Notes under the pieces: model-generated
Seen by the model: the letters and a program-made list of their open reading frames with translations, nothing else
What the model was told of the DNA's origin: nothing
The model's database searches: none
Program-made: the position numbers and the translations under genes
NCBI GenBank assembly: GCA_003344405.1
Contig: NOWV01000102.1
Location: forward strand, 62,001 to 126,000
Direction of reading: 5' to 3'
Source: Trichoplax sp. H2
Lineage: Eukaryota
DNA length: 64,000 nt
In this document: positions 26,501-43,535 of the stretch, piece after piece
Layout: the number at the start of each line of letters is the position of its first letter
Numbering within the stretch: position 1 is the first letter of the stretch

Positions 26501-28461
26501 ATGAAACAAACCACGCTTTAGACCAGTCAAGTCATGGTAGCGGTTCAAGTGGGGTAAATAATTCCAGACATAAACAGAGTTCTCAAAATGCTCCACAGCA
26601 GTCAAATATGAATCGTAATATGTCAAGAGGTAAGCATTAAACTAGCTAAAATCAATAATTCTATTCCACTTAATTTATTGTCCTCTGATAATGTTTGGGG
26701 TGCTATTACAGGCAATAACAGAAATAATCCAGTAAACAATCAACGTAGATATTCTCTGCAGCAGAATAATATGGGTCCTCCTGCAATTGCTCCGAGACAT
26801 GCTCAGCCAAGTCTTATAAATATGCCACCGCCGGCACCGGCACCGGCACCTATTCGTAACGTCATGGTACTATAAATAGAATGTATTATATGTAATATGT
26901 CAAGCACATATCGTAGCAGGAATAGTAATCTTTCGATGCGTATATTTCTGATGAATGTGCTTATTTTTTAATTCCATATACGTATATAGCCACCCATGTC
27001 TATTAATAATAATCCAATGGGCGGAAATATGCAACGTATGCCAAATGTAAGAGGTCCGCCACCGGATTGGCAACAGCCACAACAGCCACAGCAGCAGCCA
27101 CAACCACGCATGATGCAAAATGTTCATCATCCTCATTCAATGCAAGTGCCCAATCAGCAACATCAACCAAGTAATTATATGATCCCAAAATTTTTACATA
27201 ATGATTCTTTATTGTCACTAAAATGTATCACTCTTTTAGATAATTTCATGCCTGTAACATCGAATGTCATGACACCAGGAATGCATGTCAATCCTGCATT
27301 CTTGCCCGCACAAGACGTTAGTTTCAGCGCTCTTTAATCTACTTCTGCTATATATTGTAGAAGGCTAAAGGCTTTTATTGTTATTTACAATTTTTGTTTT
27401 GATTAATATTTACGACCTTGCGCGTATTTTAGAATTTCATGCCGAAGCAAGCACCAATGCCTCAACCCAGGTAAATTTTTAAAGCAACATCGTTAATTAA
27501 TGATTTTCCAAAACGCTGTAAATAAACTAAAATCTGATATTCATTTAATCCTATATCTTCCTAGTCAAAGAATGGAAAATCCGCATGTTGTTCCCACATT
27601 TAATCGACAAGGTAATTTAAAATTTTTCTTGAAATTTTTATTGTATATTAAAATCGGTGAACCAATTATCACTTAGGAAATGTTTGTTTTACATTAATAA
27701 ATGCGTGTTCTACACCTAGATAATGACGCTGTATACAATGAGATCTTGCAACGTAACCAAGAAACTGCTCAAAAGGCTATTACAAGCGCTCTAGCGGATT
27801 CTAATGCAGGTAGAACAATAAGCAATACCTTCAAATATTCGGTTTAATGTAAGCTGTTAGCTTCGATGTAGTATAATGAAGATGTCTGGTTATTCAATTA
27901 GGTGATCGGAATGATGCCATTGAAACTTTGGTAACGGCCAGATCACTTATTAAAAGTTCTGTAGCTGCTAATGATGAAAGATCTAAAGTGAGTAAAGAGG
28001 ATTCTAACATTGTCAAATCTCTGTAATCACGTATAAAACTTTACATAATTATTTGATATTAAAGGCGTTACTGGAAATGATACAAAGTTGTCTGAAAAAC
28101 ATTGAAGCAAAACAATCGGATTCCTCTAGGTATTATATTTGATATAACCTTTTAATATACGTAGAGACTCTATGGTAGAGTTATGCAGCGGACAATTGTA
28201 CATGTATTATATTGCTATATTCTAAATAATGATGGGAATATCTTAAATCACGACAGTCGTAAGCATCGTCGAGATCGTGATAGCGATCGTGACCGGGACC
28301 GGGACCACAGAGAACGAAGCCCAGACAGAGATTTTGGTGATAGTATGGATCGCTATGATGAAAGACGTAGTCGACATCGACATCATCGTGATGGGAAACA
28401 CGAACGAGACCACAGGAGTGATAAAGAACGTATTCGTAGTAGAGGGGACAAACGTCGATAA
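20594..28461 (+). CDS. CPSF6: Cleavage factor Im large subunit (CPSF6/CFIm68; CPSF6/7 family), ~17 exons
   Basis: Exon 1 20594-20653 MADGVDIDLY; exon 2 21467-21637 EDLYDDVI; then exons starting at 25668, 25804, 26026, 26205, 26339, 26522, 26712, 26990, 27240, 27433, 27565, 27720, 27902, 28065, 28257. RRM KKVALYCGNLTW/WTSD...ENRANGQSKGYC, Pro/Gln-rich middle with HVNPAFL, AIETLVTARSLIK, and an R/D/S-rich tail ending at TAA 28459-28461. Confidence 0.93.
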
Positions 28462-28583
28462 TGTATAAAAGTAATATACAAGTAATATTTTTGATCGAAC
28501 GAAAATCTAATAACATAACTGAGAACAGTTTTTGTGATAGCTTTTAAATATTATCAATGTCATACCGATACCTTTGTTTTAGT

Positions 28584-28695
28584 TGTACAAAGAATTTGCT
28601 TTCATAACAAAATAGAATTTTGCTAGTTGTGTAGTTGGCTATGCAGTAGTGTAAAATTATATTTTCATTTTTGTTTAATATAATATTCAAATAAA
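28584..28695 (+). terminator. Candidate terminal poly(A) signal of CPSF6
   Basis: AATAAA at 28690-28695, ~230 nt after the stop, preceded by TGTA at 28584, 28630 and 28650. Confidence 0.45.
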
Positions 28696-29831
28696 AAGGA
28701 ATCGAACTAATCTCATGAGTAATCGTTATGAAAATTACGCCAGTTCGTTCTAAGATTTATTTTAAGCGGGTTTAGAAGGTACAACTTACTGGTTATTAGA
28801 TCCTCCTAGTCATCACACTTTAATTGGCTACAGTAGTAAATAATAAGGGTAGTAGTTAGTCCTGTAAGATGATATCATGATTCGTTAGTTTGTGATATAA
28901 GATAACATTTGCTCAAGACGTGCCATGGCGACATTAACATTTACCCATTACATATGCAATTAAAAAACACCCCTGAGTTTGTACCACTACTGCCACCATA
29001 AGATGATCATAATAACTTTGAAATAATAAGATAAAATCCACTCTCAAAGAAACATCTAGAGCAGCATTAAGCACCCTTTCATTTTATTAATATCAATAAT
29101 TTAACAAGATCATCAATTTAAAGATCTGCAATAAACGATAAGTAAGCAAAATATCGCACAGATGATACCTGTATTTGTAGAAATCATATTCTCATCTTAT
29201 TTAATGGTTTACGAGAATATCAAATTTTCGAAATCTGGTCATGTAGAGATTCAAAATTTTCATATATTTTAATTTATTCCATAGAAACTATAGATAACAA
29301 TCACAATGTTCTAAGATTAACCTCAGTCGTGGTTATATAATATCAATTAAAATCTGCAAAGCGATAGTGTAGCTTTCATTATAATTAGTAGAATTTTTAG
29401 GTATAAAATTTTTGTTTTTCGAAGCCGGCAGGACTCGTGAAATAAACCTTGCGGCTTACTGATACGCATTGAGAAATTTTATTACATCATGCATCAAAAG
29501 ATAAAATAGATTAAAGATTGAATGAATGTTACTATTTGCTAATCATAAATATTTTGTTATATCAGCGCAACGGTGGTGTTTTGAAAAGTAAAGTGAAGTA
29601 AATGTTCACATTAAAAAAATTTGATAAAAATGCAGACTAATTAGATGCAGGAAAATCGCTTTTGGAATTAAATAATGTTAGATATGGCTAAATCCATAAA
29701 CATGTAGCACCATTCTTTGCCGTTAAAATTTTATTTCATAGATTCTTCAGGTACTCGCGGTTCCAGTAGAGCAAAATTTTTATTCTACTCGGCTAACTCG
29801 AGATTGAAAGTGAATAGAGCGCAATAGCGAA

Positions 29832-32566
29832 TTAGGAAGCCAGGCTGAGAAACAGGGCTTTCTTAGAATAATATTCATTGAAACGTGTAATACCATACCT
29901 ATTGTTGATAAAATATTCATTTGGTAATGAAAGCATCAAATTATGTGCATAATAATTAAATTTATATTGAGTATTAGAGCACTTACTGCAGAAAATCAAA
30001 ATCAATAAGTGAATTTTTAGCTTGAATTAAGCTCCAAATTCCCCATAAATAGTGTGAGGCCTAAATTGTACATGATTGTAAATTCATATTATTAGATTAT
30101 AAACTAATCACTTGAATACAATTCAATAGCTTAAAAATAATGAGTACCAAAGCAAATTGGTTCACTTGAACATAAAGCTGGTAAATTTGTGATTGTGTAA
30201 TTGTCTCATCTTTACCTAATGAGAAAGTAAAACAATCTTGAATTTTAAGATCATTAAGTTTAACTAGCTATTCAAGTTTGACTCAGAATGAAATTAAATT
30301 TCTTTGTAATTTGAAGTGCGATTACAGTCGAAATTGCTTATTGGAAGATGTAGTAGAAGTATTCTATCGCCAATAAGCGAATTGCTCTGTCATGAAGTAA
30401 TATTTTAAATTTCATTATTATTTTATGACTAGTGCAATACAAGGGTCACAATTTACCAGCAAGCTTAGCTCGTTCTTGCAAATAAATCGATAGCCATTGC
30501 AATTGAAATTCTTTTTGAGGATACCGATTGTAATCTACTTCATCGACACCTTTAACGTTAAAATACATATGGAATTACAACATCGCATACATCATGTTAT
30601 TGTGTAGAGTCCAATACCTGAGCACTATTGTAAGTAGCGACTATTAATTTTCAATTATTTAATATTATTTTACCTGCAAATTCACAGAAATGATCTGCAA
30701 TGTCATAGGGTGCGTAGTTAAAGCCACCGTATTCGTAATCAATAAAAGTTACAGATTCTGAATATTCAAAATAACGAAGTTAATTACATTCAGTATGTAT
30801 TGCTATCTACATCAGCAAGCTTGATCAGTGAATTGAAAGGGTTTTACCATTTTGTTTATTGTATACGATATTTTGGCATAAGAGATCGTTATGGCAGTAA
30901 ACGATGGGCGCATCATGCTTGAGTAAGACATCCTGAAGCATTTTTACCTCTTCGATTAGTGCACTCTTGTTGGGACACTGCGTTTTAAACCTAGGATGTC
31001 AATATTTTAAGTAGGTTAAGCAAATCAAATAAATAGAAGGAATCGAATATTACTATTTCGTACAGTATACTGTAATTGTACGAGATAATTGTCGTATTTA
31101 TCTACCGTCTACAAAGTCATCACAACGTTATCAAAAGCAATCTACGGTCTATCTAGCAGTTGTTTTTCAAACTTATATAGTACAGTGCCATGCTATGATA
31201 TAACTGCTGTCTACTACTATAAATGACTACTCACTAGAGGCGGTATAACTGCAGTATACACTGTATACAGTCACAGAAGTAGATTTTCAGCAATAAATAG
31301 CACTGAAAACTGCCAAAATGGAGCATGAATTGCCAAGAAAGTTCTTGTATCATGCCCAAATTGTCAAGACGTTGTCGAACGTTATAGTTCATGACTGATT
31401 GTGCTTTCAGTCTAACTAATAGGCCGACATTGAATTAATAGTACTTGCACTAAACCCATACTACGTATTGCGTATTTATAGTCAGATTAATTAGACTAAA
31501 ACGGACTATGATATCATTTTTTTAATTTATATTTACGTTGGAATAAAGTATCGTCAGGATGTTTCGAATGTGCTAACAATCTTAGATTTTACTCTATTCT
31601 GTTGCAGTGCAGCCCGCAAAATAGCTTAATAGATTGATTGTAGAAAGTTACTAAGTGATATCGAAAATGTACGATGGACACTGTATGCGCGAGATTGTAG
31701 GTTAACTGGAATCTCAAGATTGTGTTAAGCGCATATCTGTGCTAAATTGTTACAGTAAATATTGTAGCTTTGATTAGGAATGTCTTATTAAGATGACCTA
31801 GTCAGTAATTATAGATCTAACCAGTTTATATAATAAAGTAAAGATTATAAGTTATCGAATTTCGATCATTTCTAATTTTAAGACATTTTATCACAACGGT
31901 AAACTGAATACTGTAGTATACAAATGTTGTGCGGTTAACTCAATCATGCCCTACCATTTTATCCTACATCTGTTACTTTTAACGCTGGATCACATCAGTC
32001 ATATACGTATAATTGGCAGTACTGTAGAGTACTTACTTTTGATTCTTGATTGGATCATCAAACGATTGAGGGACCAATGATAAGAATTTCTCCAAAGTAT
32101 CAAATAATACAGGTTGGATGTCTTGATCTATGGTCGATATGTTGTGAATTTTGGCTACCTCTTTAGCGGTGAGCTGATAAACAGCAGCATCGGACATTTG
32201 CTGCCACTGTAATGGTTGGCCAACGACGAATCCATAACACAGACCGTTATTGAAAATAGCGTACAATGGAGGAGCACAACCAGCATTATGTAATAGGAGC
32301 ATATTATCAATTTCCTTTTGGCGATCAATGAATAATTCGGTCGATTGTCCATACACGCGAATTAATAGCATTTGATAAGATGTATTACTTTGCAAATTAT
32401 ATCCAATAATTTTATTGGTAATACCAGCAGTAAAAGGTTTAATTAGGATGTTTTCATCTTTCCACTGGGGCCGAACTTGATGGATGATTTTCAACCCGCT
32501 TTCTTCAACATTATTAATATCGACGGTTAGATCGATTCGTACAGGAATTATTGCGTTTTCTCCCAT
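29832..32566 (-). CDS. ETNK1: Ethanolamine kinase (choline/ethanolamine kinase family), 7 exons, ~352 aa
   Basis: Exons 32566-32037, 30990-30848, 30757-30674, 30549-30457, 30215-30148, 30060-29987, 29898-29832. Motifs AGITNK, LIRVYG, LYAIFNNGLCYGF, Brenner motif YCHNDLLCQN, FIDYEYG, DIADHFCEFAG, ASHYLWGIWSLIQA. Confidence 0.93.
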
Positions 32567-32815
32567 TGGATAGAGGCCAAGTTGGAGGGCACTAGTAAGA
32601 TGAAAAAGTTTCAACGGCCAACGCAATAACCAGCTGTACTTATACCTATCGATGGTGTGGTTTATATAAAACTGTATACATCTACGACTAATCTGCAGCT
32701 AGGATTAGGGGCGTAGCTTACTATTATAAAACCGATATTGTACAATATACGCTATGGTAGTGTTTAGATTACATTAGTTTACATACTGTCTACGAGCAAA
32801 TCAGTACTTTCCGAA

Positions 32816-33137
32816 GGTAGAAATCAGTGCTCAAGATCTCTCTACTGATGTCTACCATTAAGACTGAACTGGAACAGAGGTTAGACCAGTTTTGTCCAAT
32901 GGTAGAAATTAGTGCTCAAGATCTCTCTACTGATGTCTGCCTTTAAGACTGAACTGGAACAGAGGTTAAACCAGTTTTGTCCAAAGGTAGAAATTAGTGC
33001 TCAAGATCTCTCTACTGATGTCTGCCATTAAGATTGAACTGGAGCAGAGATTAGACCAGTATTGTCCAAAGGTAGAAATCAGTGCTCAAGATCTCTCTAC
33101 TTAAGTCTGCTATTAAAACTGAACGGGAACAGAGCTT
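32816..33137. repeat. 85-bp tandem repeat, ~3.8 copies
   Basis: GGTAGAAAT(C/T)AGTGCTCAAGATCTCTCTACT... starts at 32816, 32901, 32986 and 33071. Confidence 0.95.
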
Positions 33138-34412
33138 AATCATTACCAATATCATTGTTGACAGGCCTGGCTACTATAAAATAGTCATGAAATTTTTATA
33201 ATTGTCAACGATAACCTAACTCCAAAATAACTCGAGCCAATACTGTAATCGCGTTCAGGTTAAAGAAATAAATTACAGTACTCCGCTACAGGCTTCTTTA
33301 CTTGGAAAGATCGGACCTTAAGCAGATAGAAGGAACTTTGCATCGAGGCTAGAAAGCACCTTGATGCTTTCTGCACTATCATCTATCAATATATAGGCCA
33401 TTTCACTGCCGTCATGCAACAATGATTTAGAATCAATTCGTAGAAAATTTTAGCGAAATGGAGTGATGTTATCACTGTATTACGTGCACAATGCAGTTGC
33501 TTACTCTCTACCTCGTTGTCTATCGGCGAATGTATGCTATTTCACTGCAGCAATACTGCACAGTATTCAGAGGTAACTTTGAGCTAGACCGTAGGATATC
33601 TAACTGCAAGCTTCCATTTTACTAAATAGAAGTATTCTAGCCAAATGTAGCTAGTGAAGGTTTTATGCTAACGAAGTAGCCCATTGCCGATTCTACAAGA
33701 AAGCTCAAGTTTATCAGCTTTCCTTCCAGTTGTCCGTGCTTTCGGATTGCTGAAGACACTACAGTGTACAGTACACAAATGTACTGTAAAATGGACTTAT
33801 TATACAGTAGTCGATGTTGCTCATTTCTACTCATAGCATTCCCTATGATTTCTACACTGAAACCGTGAACTGTACTGTACGCCTTACAGTGTACAGTGTA
33901 CAGTACAAAAACCAGCCAATCAGCTAATCGGTGGATACTGTCTATCAGTGTACTGTACAATGTATCATTACAGAGAGACGTTTCAGTTGAAATGACCAGC
34001 AAAATAGTCGGCCCCCATTTTTACTCTATGGAGCGACTACTTTCTATCCGTCCTTCTGTCTTCATCCAGATGACTGGCTAACTGCAATACAGTCAGTACT
34101 GCAGTGTTCTGTGCTAGCCAAACCTCTATACAGTTTTGTATCAAGTTTACAACACTCGACTGTCGGCAATAGCCGTAAGCAAAAATTGCCCGGGTAAAAT
34201 ATTTTTTCAAAGCAAATTCCATCTTACCTTGGTCCGCCTTTCCTCCTTGTCTATTAACGCTTTCGATACTAATCACAACAAGAGCCTGAAGGAAAATAAC
34301 TCAGTACAGCCGTTGATTGAGGACATTATCCTTGCGAAAATTGAATATCTTGTATTGGCAATAAAAGTTGGATCACGTCTGTCTTCTCTTTGAAGAAAGA
34401 AGCAAAACAAAA

Positions 34413-37729
<3,317 letters not shown>

Positions 37730-38271
37730 TCCCTGAATAATTTGGGATTTTTTTGGATACCATTTGCAAACATCGCCTAGACAGTTTCTGACGGTTTTTC
37801 TTTAACGGAATAGTAATTCATCTCACTGGAACTGTATCAAGATAAACCGTTAACTTAATAATATTTAGTCTCATTTGACCTACTTAAGGTAAATTATTCG
37901 GTATGTATAACAACATCTTGACAATTTTATTGCAACATCTGTCTCTGTGAAGTTTACAACGTTGTTATTTTAACAAGAGTGCTTTGAAGTCAATTTGTGC
38001 ATAGCTGCAGTATCTACAGTGTACATAATATATTTTACTATACTGTTCGACTAAGATGTACGCTTACGAAAGTATTTTTAATAAATATGTATGATTACTA
38101 TGGTGTAAGCGTACTTAATTTACTGTAATTCCTATTTCGTAAAATGGGCATTCATCGACTGTCTTAACATTAAATCAATTATTGCAGATATTTTACTTAT
38201 TAATAAATAACATAAGTAAAAATGACTTTAAAAATATAATAACGTTGGTCGTAGAAGCCTAGTCTAGTATT

Positions 38272-41200
38272 TTAAGTCTTTGCAAATGTACATCCTCGAA
38301 CGGCAATCTTCATAGCAATCCATCGATGCCATGTTTTCGGGATAAATCGTAAATATTTCGCTGTTACTGTTTGATAAACACAATTGTTCTTGATTTCATA
38401 TGGATTGCTATTTCCGTTGAATAACTATTAATTAAAAATATTGTTCCGTAAATTGTCTGATAATTTTTAGTAATGGTAAAGGTCATAAAAGTCATTAGTG
38501 CCTTATCTAGATTGTTTAGTATATGAAATGCTCTGATTTTATCGACACTAAAATCTTTGTAATAAAGCTCTAGCAGAGATGATCAAGTTTACTTTAATGT
38601 CTTGATTCTTGTCTCTATAATATCGCCAGTCTTGCCCGTTAATACTATAAGCCAAGTTATACGTTTCTACCCAGTAGGATAGCGATGGGAATAATCCATT
38701 CTTACCCATCGTCTCAACAGATGTAACGATATAGTTATCCGGTACAACAATTTGTAGAAATTGCTGATGCTTAGTTTCTGCAGCGCACCACGATTGATGA
38801 TGAGGCGACTGATATAGTAAAGCATTGTTGGGTTGACAGGTCGATTGATGAATATAACTGGAGCTGGTTATTAACGTCGAGTTTAAAGGTATCACACAAT
38901 TATTACAGCCAGTTTCATCTGTAGACCAAATATTAATACGGTAGTAAAGTCGATGGATGAATTTTAGAATAGCAAAGTCAATCCCAATATAACTTACTTT
39001 GACAAGAAAACAGACCACAGATTTTCTTCCTCGTCAAGAGGCAGCGTGATCTATTTTGTGCGCCATTGGTGCTATCCAAGCAATCTCTTTTATAAGAGAT
39101 AATGTCATTGCTACAAGTGTTATTACAGACTGCTTGTGATGGTTGTTTTGAGTGAACAGTAGTAGCTATAATATTTTAATGATAGTAAAATTGCTTAATC
39201 AAACATTATATTCAATATTAGTCATTATACAGTACAGTAATTCTAGCTGAATCTATTAACCTAATAACAGCTGGTTATTGTAATTTAACTGAAATTTAGT
39301 TACGCTATGCTAGTCTTATCCCTCAATCGTAACATCAGCTGTAGTAATTTCTAGATAAATTGATGGATAAGGATTGTCGTGTGAATATAACTATTAAATA
39401 GCACGTTTCTATCCATTGTTCATTCAGTTCATTCTTACATTTTATCTGGTAGATATCCATATTACAGTAAAAGACGTCGGTATTAATTACAACTAATATA
39501 TACTCGTATAGCTAGATTAGTACTGTAGTAATAGTATATTCCAGATAATAGTCTGTAGTAAGAAGTAGCACTATTAGAAGAGACATGTACTAATTGCTAT
39601 ATGAGTTTAATGGGAATATTCTATTAATATCACGATAATTTGAAATACCATTGCAAGATTTAGTTGCTGTACAATTTCTTCTTTCGTTAGAAGCTCCGTC
39701 ACATTTCTTAGTATCTGTTTGTCCAGAAAAATTCTGACATTTTCGGTAGCGTTCCTGAGTTCCACGACCACATTTTACGTTACATGCAGACCAGGTTGAC
39801 CATGTAGTGAATTCACTTATTTTCTCTAAAGGTATTTACATATATTAGAGTAATTTAAATACTACTCGAGTAAATTTACATTATGGCTATTAGTAAGTAA
39901 CATAAAGATACGAAATTTACGGAGATGTCTGCTAAAATGGCTGCTTACTTAATAGCTGACTTTAAATTAAGTAAGTCCTTATTATAGCAGGTATCAACAT
40001 ATATTTCGTACTCGAGTGATTAATTCATATATTATGAAAGAATTATCGTCTATGGACTACTTGGGCATGGTTGTTGTTGGCAATTGCGAATTTCTCCAAC
40101 AACTCCTAGACAATCATATTTATGAGGTTGAAATTGTGGTGGATGAACGCAACTTCGGCGACGAAATTTGACGCCATGACCGCAGGTAGTACTACAAGAT
40201 GACCACGTAGACCAATCAGTATAGTACTCATCATTAGGATCTATAATTTGGATATTGTAGACGTTATTTTTTTGACTATATATTAGCAGTTTAGCATATA
40301 TTAAAGTTACCAATTGAAAATAGAAATAATATAAATGTATAGGATACCGAAAAATTTCTGTTGTCAGAGTTTTACTGTAGGTTTAAAAGCATATATACTC
40401 ATATACGTTAAAGCAATAATGCCATCTTGTATCCAAGGTAAGAGCTGCATCTAACTTAATAAACGTGATATATCCAATATCAATCGTAGATATCGGTATA
40501 AGGACTAAAGCATTTTTACGTAAAATGGAAGGAAATCACCGTTTGGCGTGGTAGAAATAAATGTATAAAAGGAAGGAAATGAGGCAACATTTTCCATTGA
40601 ACTATACAAGAAAAGTTGCGTTGATTTGTTGAATCAGGCTAATCCTTATCCGATAGGTCTCGTAGCTTGAGAGTACAAAAACTAAGCTTATAGCGATCTA
40701 GCTTCAAGGTTTAAATTCAACAATCAACTATTTCATTTACGCATAGTGAGCTATTTTGGGCAAGAAATCCGGTACTTGTTAATACGCGTATCATGCATAA
40801 TTAAAATTAATGTATCGTTTTGATATATAGATTATATCAAACATCAGATATCATTTAAGAATACTATTCATTTGTCAATGGATACATGATCCGTTGCTAT
40901 TTTATTTATAGCATCATAAAAGATGAGCTGATACAGTATCGACTGTTTTATATAGTGCTTACAGACTTCGGGATGATAATATATTTTCTGTCGTAAAACT
41001 TGCAATAATTTTCTCTATTAATACAAAAAACCAATTAAAGTCCCTGAAAGGTTGGATATCATTCTATTCTTTAACTATAGATGTCCGGCACATAAAGCTA
41101 TATATACTACGTACGATATGCTACGGCACTTGTATCTAAAATATTTATCAACACTTCTACCTTGTTGGGCATTCTTGGCATTGCGTTCGTGTATAAAATC

Positions 41201-41278
41201 TGAATTGAAGTAAAACTTTGAGCCTGATGATAATTTCAATGCTATGATCGATACAATAATAACTGCTAGAAATTTCAT
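38272..41278 (-). CDS. Secreted protein with two thrombospondin type-1 repeats, a degenerate third Cys-rich repeat and a C-terminal F5/8 type C (discoidin) domain (~402 aa)
   Basis: Exons 41278-41161, 40987-40963, 40601-40540, 40240-40061, 39825-39649, 39165-38998, 38918-38593, 38424-38272 join in phase. Signal peptide MKFLAVIIVSIIALKLSSG. TSP1 repeats WSTWSSCSTTCGHG..RRRSC and WSTWSACNVKCGRGTQERYRKC. FA58C features SWCA, QFLQI, VETMG, WVETYNLAYSINGQDW, LFNGN, AKYLRFIPKTWHRWIAMKIAVRGC. The small exons 2-3 and the 40061 donor are less certain. Confidence 0.85.
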
Positions 41279-42429
41279 TTCATTCAAATAGTACAGTTTA
41301 GAAATGTGTAGTGGTTATACACGTAAATTGCTTTTTTCCTGAAATGGTACCAATCGTCGAATCCAGAATCCTATTCCTATCCGATTATCGTATAACTATA
41401 CAGCTTAATAAGAACACGTACGCGCGATGGCTAGAAATTGTTATCGCATCGGAATTACTACAGTAGTCATGCCAGCTTGAATTCTAGATTGCTAATTATA
41501 AAAATACTCTCATCAGCTACTAGGGCCCCAACATTTATTTATTTATCTACTTGCTACATTTACATTACTAATTGATTGCACATTACTTCCCAATACGTAA
41601 CGTATAGCATAATTAATCCATGATCGTGCAGATTACGTGATCGATATAATAACTTTATTGTTTGTTATATTAATGACTGGGTAAGTGACAGTTGATTTTA
41701 AGATTTGTTTTCCATGCTTTTTCGGGGAGGGGAAGTTCAAACTGTTCATCTTAGTATTTTATTACTACGATAGTAACACGATTCGTATAACCCTTGTACT
41801 TCGCAGTGCACTGACAGAGGAGGGTCGAGAGCTTAATAAAGCATAAGAGCTTGATATGGAAATTGTGATACTGTAGTTAGGTCTGGATAAATTCCATCAA
41901 GGTGAGGATAATAACGTCTTCAATGACAGAGGACCAGACTGTATCCTGATATTTCTCTCTTTCCATTACAAGTCTATCTTCAACTCTTTCTATGGGTATC
42001 CTTGAACTGTAATATGATCGTAGGGCTAAGTAAAGGAACCTGTCCAAACTGTATTAATTATCAATGGGAATTATTCACTACTATAGCAATGTAAATCCTT
42101 TTGGTGAGTCAGTTTAAAGTCATTTTAGTTCAATTTTTTTAACCCAAGGGTAGATGAACTTATAAACAACCAAATCAATCGTTTCAGTAAGGGCTACGAA
42201 AGAGAGATTGTGTACGCTGCAGCAAGGACTACTAGGTATTACTAGTAGTCCATGGCTACAGCACTGTGTCTTCGTGGATTTTCATATGACTGTAGTAAAA
42301 GTAACTGCATGTTGAATTCAACTCATTGCTGGAATTCGCATAGGCATACTAGGGCATCGTTACAAGAAATAAGAAATGTTTGCTCATAGGCCTGACTCCC
42401 AGGATTTTCCTCGCTATCTTTTGCTTGAG

Positions 42430-43535
42430 TGAAAGCTATAATGCGTACTGGCTGGAAGACGCCTTTTCAGTCCGGAAGATGCAATGTTGGTGGACTACAC
42501 ATTTGCTTCCTGCAATGGTCAAAGCCTGCTATTTTTTATCTTTATGCAATGCCAGATTGCACCATTCTCCTAGCTCTCTTTTATTTGATTGAAAGCTATA
42601 AAACGTACTGGCTGGAAAACGCCTTTCCGGTCGGAAAGATACACTGTTCTGGACTACACACTGGCTTCCTGCAATGGTCAAAGCCTGAGATCTTTTTTAA
42701 CTTTGTGCAATGCTTGATTCCACGATTCTGCTCTGCCAGCTCTCTTTTATTGGATTGGAAGACGACTTTTCGGTCCAGAAGATGCACTATTGCTAAAAGT
42801 ACACATTCGCTTCCTGGAATAGTCAAAACATGACATTTTAACTTTGTGCAATGCTTGATTCCACGATTCTGTTCTGCCAGCTCTCTTTTATTGGATTGGA
42901 AGATGACTTTTTGGTCCAGAAGATGCACTATTGCTAAAGTACGCATTTGCTTCCTGGAATAGTCAAAACATAACATTTTAACTTTGTGCTATGCTTGATT
43001 CCACGATTCTGCTCTGCCAGCTCTCTTTTATTGGATTGGAAGACGACTTTTCGGTCCAGAAGATGCACTATTGCTAAAGTACGCATCTGCTTCCTGGAAT
43101 AGTCAAAACATAACATTTTAACTTTGTGCTATGCTTGAATCCACGATTCTGCTCTGCCAGCTCTCTTTTATTGGTTGGAAGACGACTTTTCGGTCCAGAA
43201 GATTACTATTGCTAAAGTACGCATTTGCTTCCTGGAATAGTCAAAACATGACATTTTAACTTTATGCAATTCTACAGTATTGCAAATTGTCCAATTTATG
43301 TAAAACACCTTCCATTAATTAATTATATTACTACCTGTATTTTACCTTCTCCTGCACTGATTGCCATCCCTANNNNNNNNNNNNNNNNNNNNTTAACTTT
43401 GTGCAATGCTTGATTCCACGATTCTGTTCTGCCAGCTCTCTTTTTTTGGATTGGAAGACGACTTTTCGGTCCAGAAGATGCACTATTGCTAAAGTACGCA
43501 TTTGCTTCCTGGAATAGTCAAAACATGACATTTTA
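42430..43535. repeat. ~140-bp tandem repeat array (>=5 near-identical plus 2 diverged copies) spanning an assembly gap
   Basis: TTAACTTTGTGC.ATGCTTGATTCCACGATTCTG...GGAAGACGACTTTTCGGTCCAGAAGATG...GCTTCCTGGAATAGTCAAAACA at ~42697, 42838, 42978, 43118 and 43393; diverged copies at 42430-42696. Confidence 0.95.
43373..43392. other. Assembly gap (20 N)
   Basis: Run of N. Confidence 1.

Noticed and set aside
32567..32626. N-terminal extension of ETNK from the ORF track
   Set aside because: It begins at TTG; the first in-frame ATG is at 32566.
34285..34300. AAGGAAAATAAC resembling part of U12 snRNA
   Set aside because: The flanks do not match the U12 sequence or structure.
33637..34393. ORFs of 61-121 aa between ETNK and gamma-tubulin
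   Set aside because: No recognisable motifs, several have non-ATG starts, and they overlap the motif-rich promoter/UTR zone.
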